From Pirellula staleyi DSM 6068 (GTDB taxonomy: Bacteria; Planctomycetota; Planctomycetia; Pirellulales; Pirellulaceae): a stretch of 32,000 bases of DNA. The notes under the pieces are model-generated. The model did no database searches. It worked only from the letters and a program-made list of their open reading frames with translations, and had not been told where the DNA came from. The stretch covers positions 3,570,001 to 3,602,000 of the forward strand of contig CP001848.1 of assembly GCA_000025185.1 (NCBI GenBank), in the 5' to 3' direction. The position numbers and the translations under genes were made by a program. This document shows, piece after piece, positions 16,267 to 24,093 of the stretch. Within the stretch, counting starts at the first letter, position 1. Every line of letters starts with the position of its first letter.

Positions 16267-16326
16267 TGCCGAAGGTCGATCGATGTTCTAGCGATTAGCC
16301 AGCCGGGTTAGCGTGCGGACAAATCC

Positions 16327-16379
16327 AAACGGGGCAGGGCGCGGGGGGAACCATTCCTGACGCTCTGTCCCGTTTTTTT
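16327..16379 (+). terminator. Rho-independent terminator closing cassette 2
   Basis: 15-bp stem AAACGGGGCAGGGCG / CGCTCTGTCCCGTTT (two G-U pairs) with a 19-nt loop, running into T7 (16373-16379). Confidence 0.55.
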
Positions 16380-16666
16380 CATGCGCCGAGCGGACCTGCA
16401 GCGAGCTGCTCTGCTATCTGATGGCAAAGCTCCGCCCGCCTTCACGGGAAGCCGCAATCCCGAACCTCGTTTTTCGCCGATGGTGCGTAACTCTTGAGGA
16501 AAAGCGGCGGGAGCTAGAAAAATATCAACAGCCGTCACAAGACTTCGACTTTCCAGGCGAACTATCCCTTATGACCTGCGACGTCCGCAGGATGGATTTC
16601 TCGCCACGGAAGCCCCGTCACCCCCACAACTTCCGTGCGAGCGGCTGAAAGAGGAGGGCCGAAGTC

Positions 16667-17467
16667 ATGTTGAAAAAAGGTATTCTGATTGGGTCTGCTG
16701 TGGCGCTTCTGCTCGGTCTGTTCTTTGGCCGCGACGCAGTGAGCTACGCCACCACCAGCATGGGCTGGGTTCGCGACAGTGTTCGTGAAAGTGTGCCGGT
16801 GGAATTCGAAATCGAGCGTGCTCGTCGGATGATCAAGGATCTCGATCCTGAAGTCCGTCGCAACATGCACCTGATTGCTCGCGAAGAGGTCGAAGTGCAA
16901 GGTCTCCGCGAACAGCTCGAAAAGGGCGAGAAGCAGCTGACCAAAAATCGCTCGGACATCGAACGCTTGAACACCGACCTGAAGCGTGGCGACAGCACGT
17001 TTGTGTACTGCGGCAAGCAATACACGCAAAAGCAAGTCGAAACCGATCTGAGCAATCGTTTCGAGCAGTTCAAAGTGCGTGAGCAAACGCTCGAAAAGCT
17101 CGAGCAAATCCTGGAAGCTCGCGAACGTGGTTTGACCGCTGGTCGCGAAAAGCTCAAGGCGATGCAAGCTGCCAAACAGCAACTGGAAGTGAATGTTGCC
17201 AACCTCGAAGCACGCCTCGAGATGGTGAAAGTGGCCCAGTCGACGAGCGAATTCAATTTCGACGACAGCCAACTGGCTCGCACCAAGGACCTGGTAAAGG
17301 AAATTGGGGCCCGCATCGATGTCGCCGAGAAGCTGGTGAACGCTGAAACCGTGAGCCCCGGCCAGATCAACCTGGAAGAGGAAGACACCACGAGCATCAC
17401 CGAGCAAGTGACCGCTTATTTGAGTGGCGAAAGCAAGGAAGATCACGTCGCCGTGCAGCTCGACTAG
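16667..17467 (+). CDS. Membrane-anchored coiled-coil protein (weak PspA/IM30-like character)
   Basis: Strong SD (AAGAGGAGGG, 7 nt before the ATG). N-terminal TM helix (ILIGSAVALLLGLFFG). About 200 aa of heptad-like Glu/Lys/Arg/Leu coiled coil (...LEARLEMVKVAQSTSEF...) and an acidic tail. The PspA resemblance is by eye only, and PspA itself lacks a TM anchor. Confidence 0.65.
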   Translation: MLKKGILIGSAVALLLGLFFGRDAVSYATTSMGWVRDSVRESVPVEFEIERARRMIKDLDPEVRRNMHLIAREEVEVQGLREQLEKGEKQLTKNRSDIERLNTDLKRGDSTFVYCGKQYTQKQVETDLSNRFEQFKVREQTLEKLEQILEARERGLTAGREKLKAMQAAKQQLEVNVANLEARLEMVKVAQSTSEFNFDDSQLARTKDLVKEIGARIDVAEKLVNAETVSPGQINLEEEDTTSITEQVTAYLSGESKEDHVAVQLD

Positions 17468-17589
17468 TCTCGAGCAGCTTATCGACCCTGGCACTCGGAT
17501 GTGCCAGATGTAAAACTTAGACGTCACCTGCCCGCCGACGATTTCTTTGGAAGAATCTCGGCGATACCCTGAAGCGAGTGACGAATACC

Positions 17590-17640
17590 CAGCGGGGCTA
17601 AAGCGACGCGAGTTGGCTTCTAGCCCTGCTTGTGGTTTTC
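17590..17640 (+). terminator. Terminator-like hairpin between the coiled-coil gene and the FHA gene
   Basis: AGCGGGGCTA / TAGCCCTGCT (10 bp, one G-U) with a 20-nt loop, followed by TGTGGTTTTCT. A second 7-bp hairpin, CTGGCAC/GTGCCAG, is at 17488-17507. Confidence 0.3.
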
Positions 17641-17765
17641 TAGCAAGTCAGATTCGAGCCGAGCAAGTTTCGGGTTACACTCGGAAAGGCTCGATTGCCA
17701 TGCAGCTGGCCCCTCTCGTTTCTCGAATCCTCCCCGCGACGGAGTAGCGAACAATCGCTTCCATC

Positions 17766-19148
17766 ATGTTTCCGGCCTGGCGCTACAAACTTCGCGAAGC
17801 CCAACTAGCAACCGTCCAAGGTCGGCTAGAGGAAGCAGGTCGCCTGCTTTCGGACCCCGAACTGCGTCAGTTCCTGCCTGTGCAGCAACAACAGCAGAAC
17901 GTGGCGGGACTGCTCTCGAAACGGGCCATGCAGCGAGGGACTAGCGGCGAATTCTCCCAAGCTTTCAAAGATCTCGACAGCAGCGAATTGCTCGCCGGTC
18001 AATCGACCGCCTGGCAGGCGGCGCATCAGGTGGTGATCGACCTGGCATTTGCAAGTGTCGTCAAACACCTCGAAGCAAGCGACTTTACCGGGGCCATGAA
18101 CCGGCTCGATGCGATTGCGAAGCGCAAGGTTGTCGATGGCAAAGTGAATACGCTGCGAGAAGTAGTGCGACGTCTCGAATCGGCTCAAAAAATGGCTTCG
18201 CGGGGGAAATTTGCCCTCGCTGACGAACAACTAGCAGCCGCCGCTGCGCTCCGCAAAGATTTGCCACTGATTGGCAAAGCCCGCGACCTCTACAAAGAAA
18301 AAGGGGAGCGCTCGCGAGTCCTGACCGAACTGATGCACCGCGCAATGGCCGCAAGTGCCTGGTCGGATGTGCTGGTGCACGCGACCGGGCTGCTGGAGCT
18401 GTCACCCCAGTGTCCTTTGGCCCGCGATGCCCGCAAGCGAGCCTGGGCTGCAGTGGGTGAGAAGTTCGTCGACTCTTCGGCGGGCGAAGCACCCAGCCCC
18501 TACACCAAGGATGGCGATCTCCCTCCGCTGCAGCTTCCCACCACCGCCGACAAGCCCAAACAGCCCCGCATGGTCCTGTGGATCGATGCCGTGGGTGGCT
18601 ATCTCGTTTGCATGGGCGAGGAAGTGATCATCGGGCAAGCTGGCCCGGGATCAGCCGCCGACATTGCCATTCAGGCCGATTTGTCGCGGCGTCATGCCCG
18701 ACTGCGCCGCGAAGGTGAGGGCTACGTTCTCGAACCGCTGGTGCGGGGTGTGAAGTTCGACGGCAAGCCGGTGCAAGGTCCCACGCTCCTCTCCGATGGG
18801 GATGAGTTCGAGCTGGGGGCGGGGGTGAGGCTCCGCTTTCGTAAGCCGCACGTGCTGAGTGCTTCGGCCCGACTCGAACTAGTGAGCTATCACCGTTTTC
18901 AGCCTCTGTGCGATGCCGTTCTGCTGATGGCTGAGTCGTGTGTGCTTGGTCCGAAGTGGCAAAATCATGTCGTTTGCCGCGACTGGGCGCAAGATCTCGT
19001 GCTCTACCGCCAAGATGGGCGATTGCTTTGTCGCGCGATGGAATCGATCGAAATCGACGGCAAGCTGTGCGACGGCCGGGGACCGCTCACCACACGCTCG
19101 CGCGTGGTCGGGAGCGATTTTTCGCTCAGCATCGAGCCGATTGGATAG
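17766..19148 (+). CDS. FHA-domain protein with a helical (TPR-like) N-terminal region
   Basis: FHA core at about residues 269-358 (nt ~18570-18839): VIIGQAG...DIAIQADLSRRHARLRREGEGYVLEPL...VKFDGKPV...LLSDGDEFELG. The last ~90 aa show a second, degenerate FHA-like beta pattern. Confidence 0.8.
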   Translation: MFPAWRYKLREAQLATVQGRLEEAGRLLSDPELRQFLPVQQQQQNVAGLLSKRAMQRGTSGEFSQAFKDLDSSELLAGQSTAWQAAHQVVIDLAFASVVKHLEASDFTGAMNRLDAIAKRKVVDGKVNTLREVVRRLESAQKMASRGKFALADEQLAAAAALRKDLPLIGKARDLYKEKGERSRVLTELMHRAMAASAWSDVLVHATGLLELSPQCPLARDARKRAWAAVGEKFVDSSAGEAPSPYTKDGDLPPLQLPTTADKPKQPRMVLWIDAVGGYLVCMGEEVIIGQAGPGSAADIAIQADLSRRHARLRREGEGYVLEPLVRGVKFDGKPVQGPTLLSDGDEFELGAGVRLRFRKPHVLSASARLELVSYHRFQPLCDAVLLMAESCVLGPKWQNHVVCRDWAQDLVLYRQDGRLLCRAMESIEIDGKLCDGRGPLTTRSRVVGSDFSLSIEPIG

Positions 19149-19464
19149 CTCGCGGGTATGCGATTGAGGTAAGTGCCAGTGGCAGGCCTCTTAAGTCCGC
19201 AAATCCTTGCAATTGCTTATCTTGCGCTGCGAAGTCCGCAAAAACATGGCGCTCGATCCAAGATTGGAGAAGAACCAGCGAACACTCGAGAAGCGGCCCG
19301 AAAAAAGAGCTTAAGCACCCTGGGCTGCTGCACGATACAATGCACCAAGGTTGGTACAATCCAGAAAGGAAGTCCCGGGAACTAGCGGAAGGGACGCTAG
19401 GTGTGCAGGTGGCCTTCGGTTTGGCACCTTGTGCATCGCACTTCTGCTAAGCAGGCCCGCACCC

Positions 19465-21507
19465 ATGAAAAGTCCCGCCGCATCAGTCGATTCCGATGTA
19501 CCGCAGGCCAAAAAGCCTGACGGCGCTCCCGGTCCTAAAGGCGGTGCCATGAAGTTTCAATACGCCAGTGGCTCGAAACCACTCGAAGGGTTCACCATCA
19601 AGCGGGGAATTGGCCGCGGTGGTTTTGGCGAAGTCTATTTCGCTGTCAGCGACGCCGGAAAAGAGCTCGCGCTCAAGCATGTCGAGCGGAATCTGGAAGT
19701 CGAACTGCGCGGCGTTGCCCAGTGCCTCAACCTCAAGCACAACAACCTCGTCGATCTCTACGACATTCGCTACGACGAACAGGGCGAAGCGTGGGTCGTG
19801 ATGGAGTTTGTCTCGGGGCAAAGTCTCAAGGATGCGATCGATCGTAATCCCAACGGCTTGCCTCTCGAAGAAGTGCGCTATTGGTTCGACGGCATGGCGG
19901 CTGGCTGCTTGTATCTCCACGATCACGGCATCGTCCATCGCGATCTGAAGCCGGGAAATATCTTCGACGATATTGGTGTCGTGAAGATCGGCGACTATGG
20001 CCTGAGTAAATTCATTTCCGTCAGCCGCCGGAGTGGACAGACGGAAAGTGTCGGCACGTTCCATTATATGGCCCCTGAAATTGGTAAGGGGATTTATGGA
20101 CGTGAGATCGATATATATGCGATGGGGATCATGCTTTATGAGATGATCACTGGCCGCTTGCCCTTTGAAGGGGAAAGCAGTCAGGAGATTATTATGAAGC
20201 ATCTCACAGCCGACCCCGATTTGGCGATGCTTCCCGAACCTTATAAGAAGGTGGTTGAGAAGGCACTCCAAAAAGACCCTGCTCAGCGCTATCACAGCGT
20301 GGCGGAGTTGATCGAGGCGCTGGGACCACGTCCAGGTTCGGTGGTGGTTCCGGTCGCTATCAATCCGGCCGGTGCTGCTGCTACTTCGGCCGGGAATTCC
20401 GCAGCCGATAGCAACACGATCTACATCGACGATGATGAAAAACTGATCCAGTTTGGCCCCATGCATGGCCCTGGCGCTGCTGGTCCGTCGGTCCCGGTGA
20501 CTGCCACTGTGGTGGGGCCTAAACATCAGCCGGAGCCGATTGCGGCTGCCGTGAAAACGGGCCTTCAACATTTTGGCGCTTGGTGGCATCAAAGCGTCAC
20601 AAGCACACCTCTTAAAGTGGTGTTGGTCTTGGGGGGCGTGGGCCTACTCATGATGTATGGCGGTGTGCTTTTGCCTGTCGCCGCTGTGCTGGCCTGCTTG
20701 TATGCCGTCTATTATGGCATTCGGCTGGCAACCGGCGCGATTCAAGAGACCCCACCCGTACAATTGCCGCCGCAACAAGCCTCGGCGAAGTCGAAAAAGA
20801 ATGGCTGGCGCCCGATCTCATGGCAACAGCAGGGGCGTGAACTGCTCCGGATGCGGACGCTGAGCGACCGGGTTGCTGAATTGTCGACATCGATGCTCGG
20901 CAGCGCGATGGTGGCTGGTGTACTTACGCTAGTGATGCTGGCGATCATGGGTGAATCGCTCGATCAAACCCCTGCAGCCCTCGTGAAAGCAGGCTGGGTG
21001 TTTACAGCGACCACACTCGGCAGCTGGATCGTGCTGGCGGTCGGCAAATTCCAAGAGACCGCCGACGGCGATCAAGCGAAACGACGCTTCGTCGGTCTGG
21101 TGCTGGGGCTCGTTTATGGCGCGCTGATTTTCGGACTCGCCAGCTACCTGCATGTGCGGCTCGACGACAAAGTGTTCGTACACGGCATCTCGGCGCGAGA
21201 TTTTCCGGCGTCGATGGTGGGTGCGGATGGCGGGCCCCGATTGCCGATGTATCTGGTGTACTTCGGTGCGATTTTTCTGACCGTGGGGTGGTGGCATCAA
21301 ACCGATCCGCTGCGGAAATCCCGGTTCCGAATCTGGCCGGTCCTAAGCACGTTGCTGGTGGCCTGGTGCTGGAATCTGTTCTGGGCGTTCCCGCAGCCGT
21401 GGGGCTTTATGCTGCCAGCTGCGATTTCGATCGCGGTGCAGCTGTCGGCTCCGTGGATTTCGAGTCGCGATCGTTTGGAAGCGGCCCGCAGTTGGCCCCA
21501 CGCCTAG
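19465..21507 (+). CDS. Hanks-type Ser/Thr protein kinase fused to a polytopic C-terminal membrane domain
   Basis: Kinase motifs: GRGGFGEVY, ALK, HRDLKPGN (19936-19959), DYGLSK, GTFHYMAPE, DIYAMG. After a Pro/Ala linker there are about 6-7 hydrophobic helices (nt ~20611-21504). The start is uncertain: ATG 19465 is preferred, ATG 19549 is possible, and the track start 19351 is a non-ATG codon. Confidence 0.85.
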   Translation: MKSPAASVDSDVPQAKKPDGAPGPKGGAMKFQYASGSKPLEGFTIKRGIGRGGFGEVYFAVSDAGKELALKHVERNLEVELRGVAQCLNLKHNNLVDLYDIRYDEQGEAWVVMEFVSGQSLKDAIDRNPNGLPLEEVRYWFDGMAAGCLYLHDHGIVHRDLKPGNIFDDIGVVKIGDYGLSKFISVSRRSGQTESVGTFHYMAPEIGKGIYGREIDIYAMGIMLYEMITGRLPFEGESSQEIIMKHLTADPDLAMLPEPYKKVVEKALQKDPAQRYHSVAELIEALGPRPGSVVVPVAINPAGAAATSAGNSAADSNTIYIDDDEKLIQFGPMHGPGAAGPSVPVTATVVGPKHQPEPIAAAVKTGLQHFGAWWHQSVTSTPLKVVLVLGGVGLLMMYGGVLLPVAAVLACLYAVYYGIRLATGAIQETPPVQLPPQQASAKSKKNGWRPISWQQQGRELLRMRTLSDRVAELSTSMLGSAMVAGVLTLVMLAIMGESLDQTPAALVKAGWVFTATTLGSWIVLAVGKFQETADGDQAKRRFVGLVLGLVYGALIFGLASYLHVRLDDKVFVHGISARDFPASMVGADGGPRLPMYLVYFGAIFLTVGWWHQTDPLRKSRFRIWPVLSTLLVAWCWNLFWAFPQPWGFMLPAAISIAVQLSAPWISSRDRLEAARSWPHA

Positions 21508-21632
21508 CGATGGATCGTGGCGCTCGCGCGCCCCAATGAAGATGCAAAGTTCTGTTCTCGAAAGGCTCGTGCTGGCAATTTTGCCGCGAGCAGTCGAAGA
21601 ACTCTCTGGCGTGAAAAGCTTGAGCTGAAACT

Positions 21633-22580
21633 ATGTGGGAATCTAACTTGCTGCTCGTGGTGATTGTTGTATCGGCCCTGGTTGCTGCCGTCCCGCTGCT
21701 GCGTCATGCAGTCGCCTTGCGAGCGGTGAAGTTCGTCGCGGGGATGCTGCTGCTCGTGGCAGGCTGCGCGGCGGTGCATGTGGCGACAGCCGCCGATGCG
21801 GGCGATCGCGTCGAGCCCCCGCTGGAGCTTTCCACTGCTGCTGCCGCCGAGAAGCCAGCGGCTGAACAGTTACCGGCCGAAACTCCAGCCAAGGAAACAC
21901 CAGCTGTTACTCCTGCGGCTGAAACACCAGCCGAAACGCCCCCCGCTTCGAAGCCCGAACCAGCGCCGTCGAATTCAGCGAGCACCGAGCTCAACGAAGT
22001 GCCGCTCGTCGGTTCCACCAGTGTGATCATTCCTCCAGGGCGACCTGCCTGGGTGAATTCGCAGCCGGTCACCAAGGGGGAAGTCCACACGATTGCAGTT
22101 TCGTCCGGCCCCTACAGCCAAATGTCGGAGGCCAATCGCGAACTCGATAAAGCAATCGAAGCGGCGGCCAATGCCTACATCGCCGAACAAATCGGAAGCG
22201 AGCAAGCGCCGCTGCTCCTTAACATCACCGGCAAGTCGCTTCGCGATCAGGTGGTCGATCCCAAGGATGTGTATCAAGAGACGATCGTGGTTTCGATTGG
22301 TCCGATGGAGCAGGTGCACGCACTTCTGAAGTTCGACGAGAAGTTTCGTAGCAAGCTCAAGGCCGATTGGGAGAATCTGCTGATGTCGGCTCGGCTCGGC
22401 CAGATTGGTCTGGGGTTTGGTGGTGTGATCGGTCTGCTGGCGACGGTGTGCGGCTATTTTCGGCTCGACAATGCCACCCGCGGCTACTACACGGGTCGCT
22501 TGCAGTTCCTGGCGGCAGCAGCGATACTAACGCTCGTTGCCTGTGGCTCGATGCTCGCCCGCATGATCTTGTGGATGTAG
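21633..22580 (+). CDS. Hypothetical membrane protein with Pro/Ala/Glu/Thr-rich spacer and two C-terminal TM helices
   Basis: N-terminal hydrophobic segments, the second ending in a lipobox-like LVAGC. A PAET-rich low-complexity stretch follows (AEKPAAEQLPAETPAKETPAVTPAAETPAETPPASKPEPAP), then a ~150-aa globular region and two C-terminal TM helices. In-frame TTG 21717 / GTG 21726 would instead give a classical lipoprotein signal (M)KFVAGMLLLVAGC. Confidence 0.55.
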   Translation: MWESNLLLVVIVVSALVAAVPLLRHAVALRAVKFVAGMLLLVAGCAAVHVATAADAGDRVEPPLELSTAAAAEKPAAEQLPAETPAKETPAVTPAAETPAETPPASKPEPAPSNSASTELNEVPLVGSTSVIIPPGRPAWVNSQPVTKGEVHTIAVSSGPYSQMSEANRELDKAIEAAANAYIAEQIGSEQAPLLLNITGKSLRDQVVDPKDVYQETIVVSIGPMEQVHALLKFDEKFRSKLKADWENLLMSARLGQIGLGFGGVIGLLATVCGYFRLDNATRGYYTGRLQFLAAAAILTLVACGSMLARMILWM

Positions 22581-22682
22581 CAGCGGTGGATCGATCGATG
22601 GATCCACTCTGAAGAGCTACGGCAGTCTCCTTAAGACTTGGCCAGTCCTTCGTCACTGCCGCTCGCTGCCACCTTCTGAACA

Positions 22683-23351
22683 ATGTCGCTTCTTACCAAT
22701 GCTGATAGTCTGCTGATCGACCGCATTCGGCGTGGCGAAGCTGACGCCTGGAGCGATTTGATCCAGCGCTACGAAGGTCGACTCCTCGCGTTTGTCGAAA
22801 GTCGCCTCGGACGTCGCGGTCCGAGTGAAGACATCGTGCAAGAGGCGTTTCTCGGCTTTCTCAACAGCTTGCCGAATTACGACGGCAAACGGCCGCTCGA
22901 AAGCTATCTGTTTTCGATCTGCGCGTACAAGCTCACCGATCACTTGCGCCGTGAAGGACGCCGTCCTGCCGTTCCTCTGGTAGGCAATAACGACACGTCG
23001 ACCGACTGGAACTTGGCTGGCAACGTTCGCCCGGCATCGAGCATTGCTCGGAGTGGCGAGCGGAAAGAGCTCGAAGAAAAAGCGGTCGCCGAGGCGCTCA
23101 AGGAGCAGATTGCTCGCTGGATGGAGCGCGACGAGTGGACCAAGCTGATGTGCGCTGAACTGCTGCTCGTGCGAGGCTGGGCCAACAAAGATGTGGCTCG
23201 ACAGCTCGACATCAGCGAGCAGCAAGTGGCGAACTACAAGTTCGACTTGATTTCGCGACTCAGCACGCTGATTAAAAAACAGCATCTCTCGGCGGAAGTC
23301 TTTCCCGAACTGAGCGACGATCAGATTCCGCCTCCTGGTTCCCCCGCTTAG
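22683..23351 (+). CDS. ECF-type (sigma-70 family, group 4) RNA polymerase sigma factor
   Basis: Region 2: RIRRGEADAWSDLIQRYEGRLLAFVESRL...EDIVQEAFLGFL...YLFSICAYKLTDHLRR. Region 4 HTH: LLLVRGWANKDVARQLDISEQQVANYKFDLISRL. A ~40-aa linker between them contains several Ser/Thr. Confidence 0.85.
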   Translation: MSLLTNADSLLIDRIRRGEADAWSDLIQRYEGRLLAFVESRLGRRGPSEDIVQEAFLGFLNSLPNYDGKRPLESYLFSICAYKLTDHLRREGRRPAVPLVGNNDTSTDWNLAGNVRPASSIARSGERKELEEKAVAEALKEQIARWMERDEWTKLMCAELLLVRGWANKDVARQLDISEQQVANYKFDLISRLSTLIKKQHLSAEVFPELSDDQIPPPGSPA

Positions 23352-23382
23352 TCGATTCGATCCTTGGTGCATTGATACTACG

Positions 23383-23790
23383 ATGGAAATCACCGACGCC
23401 GACCTCGAAGCCTACCTCGAAGAGCTGCTTCCCCCTGCGGAAATGACAGCGATCGAACTGCGCATTCGCGACGATGCCACGGTGCTCGAGCGACTGGCGG
23501 CGATCAACGGCCGGCGCGATGCTGGGCTGCATAGCGTCGGAGAAATTTGGCGTCGCATGCGCCTCAGTTGTCCTTCGCGCGAACAGCTCGGAAGCTATCT
23601 CCTGGGTGTGCTCGACGATGGCCATTTGGCGTTCATCAAGCAGCATGTCGAGGTGGTAGGGTGCCGGCTCTGCGTGGCCAACGTCGAAGACTTGCATCGC
23701 CAGCAGCAAGAGAGTGGCGAAGCGGTCCGAACACGCCGTAGCAAGTATTTTCAATCGACAGCCGCTCATCTGCGTGGCAAACAGAGCTGA
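23383..23790 (+). CDS. Putative soluble zinc-finger (zf-HC2-like) anti-sigma factor
   Basis: Begins 31 nt after the sigma gene. zf-HC2-like segment C63-PSREQLGSYLLGVLDDGHLAFIKQ-H88-VEVVG-C94-RL-C97 (nt 23569-23673). It is preceded by a Cys-less copy of the same pattern (DLEAYLEELLPPAEMTAIELRI). No TM helix is present. Confidence 0.5.
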   Translation: MEITDADLEAYLEELLPPAEMTAIELRIRDDATVLERLAAINGRRDAGLHSVGEIWRRMRLSCPSREQLGSYLLGVLDDGHLAFIKQHVEVVGCRLCVANVEDLHRQQQESGEAVRTRRSKYFQSTAAHLRGKQS

Positions 23791-23933
23791 TTTTCGCCCG
23801 CTGCTGGTCCACCAATTCGCCCGCGATCTGATGTCGATTGCATGAGCGCCGCTGTCGAGCCGCTCGGCAGCAAAAACGGGTGGCAGTAGCACGCAATTCG
23901 CGTTTCTTTAGAACGTCCAGTTCTTCACTTGGC

Positions 23934-23948
23934 TGCGGAAATTCCGCA
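23934..23948. promoter_or_regulatory. Perfect 7-1-7 palindrome TGCGGAAATTCCGCA upstream of hemP (candidate operator)
   Basis: Read directly from the sequence. It lies 146 nt upstream of ATG 24094 in an otherwise unannotated ~300-nt gap. The binding factor is unknown. Confidence 0.25.
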
Positions 23949-24093
23949 ACCGATTCGACTCTTTCGGTAGTGAAAACATGGCGCGAAATCGCTCTGGCAC
24001 GACGGTTGCTTAAGGAGGAATGTCAGGTCAGTTCGATGGGACTCCATCGGCTATCAGCGACTTGCTCCTGCTACTCGTGCGAAGGATTTTGTC

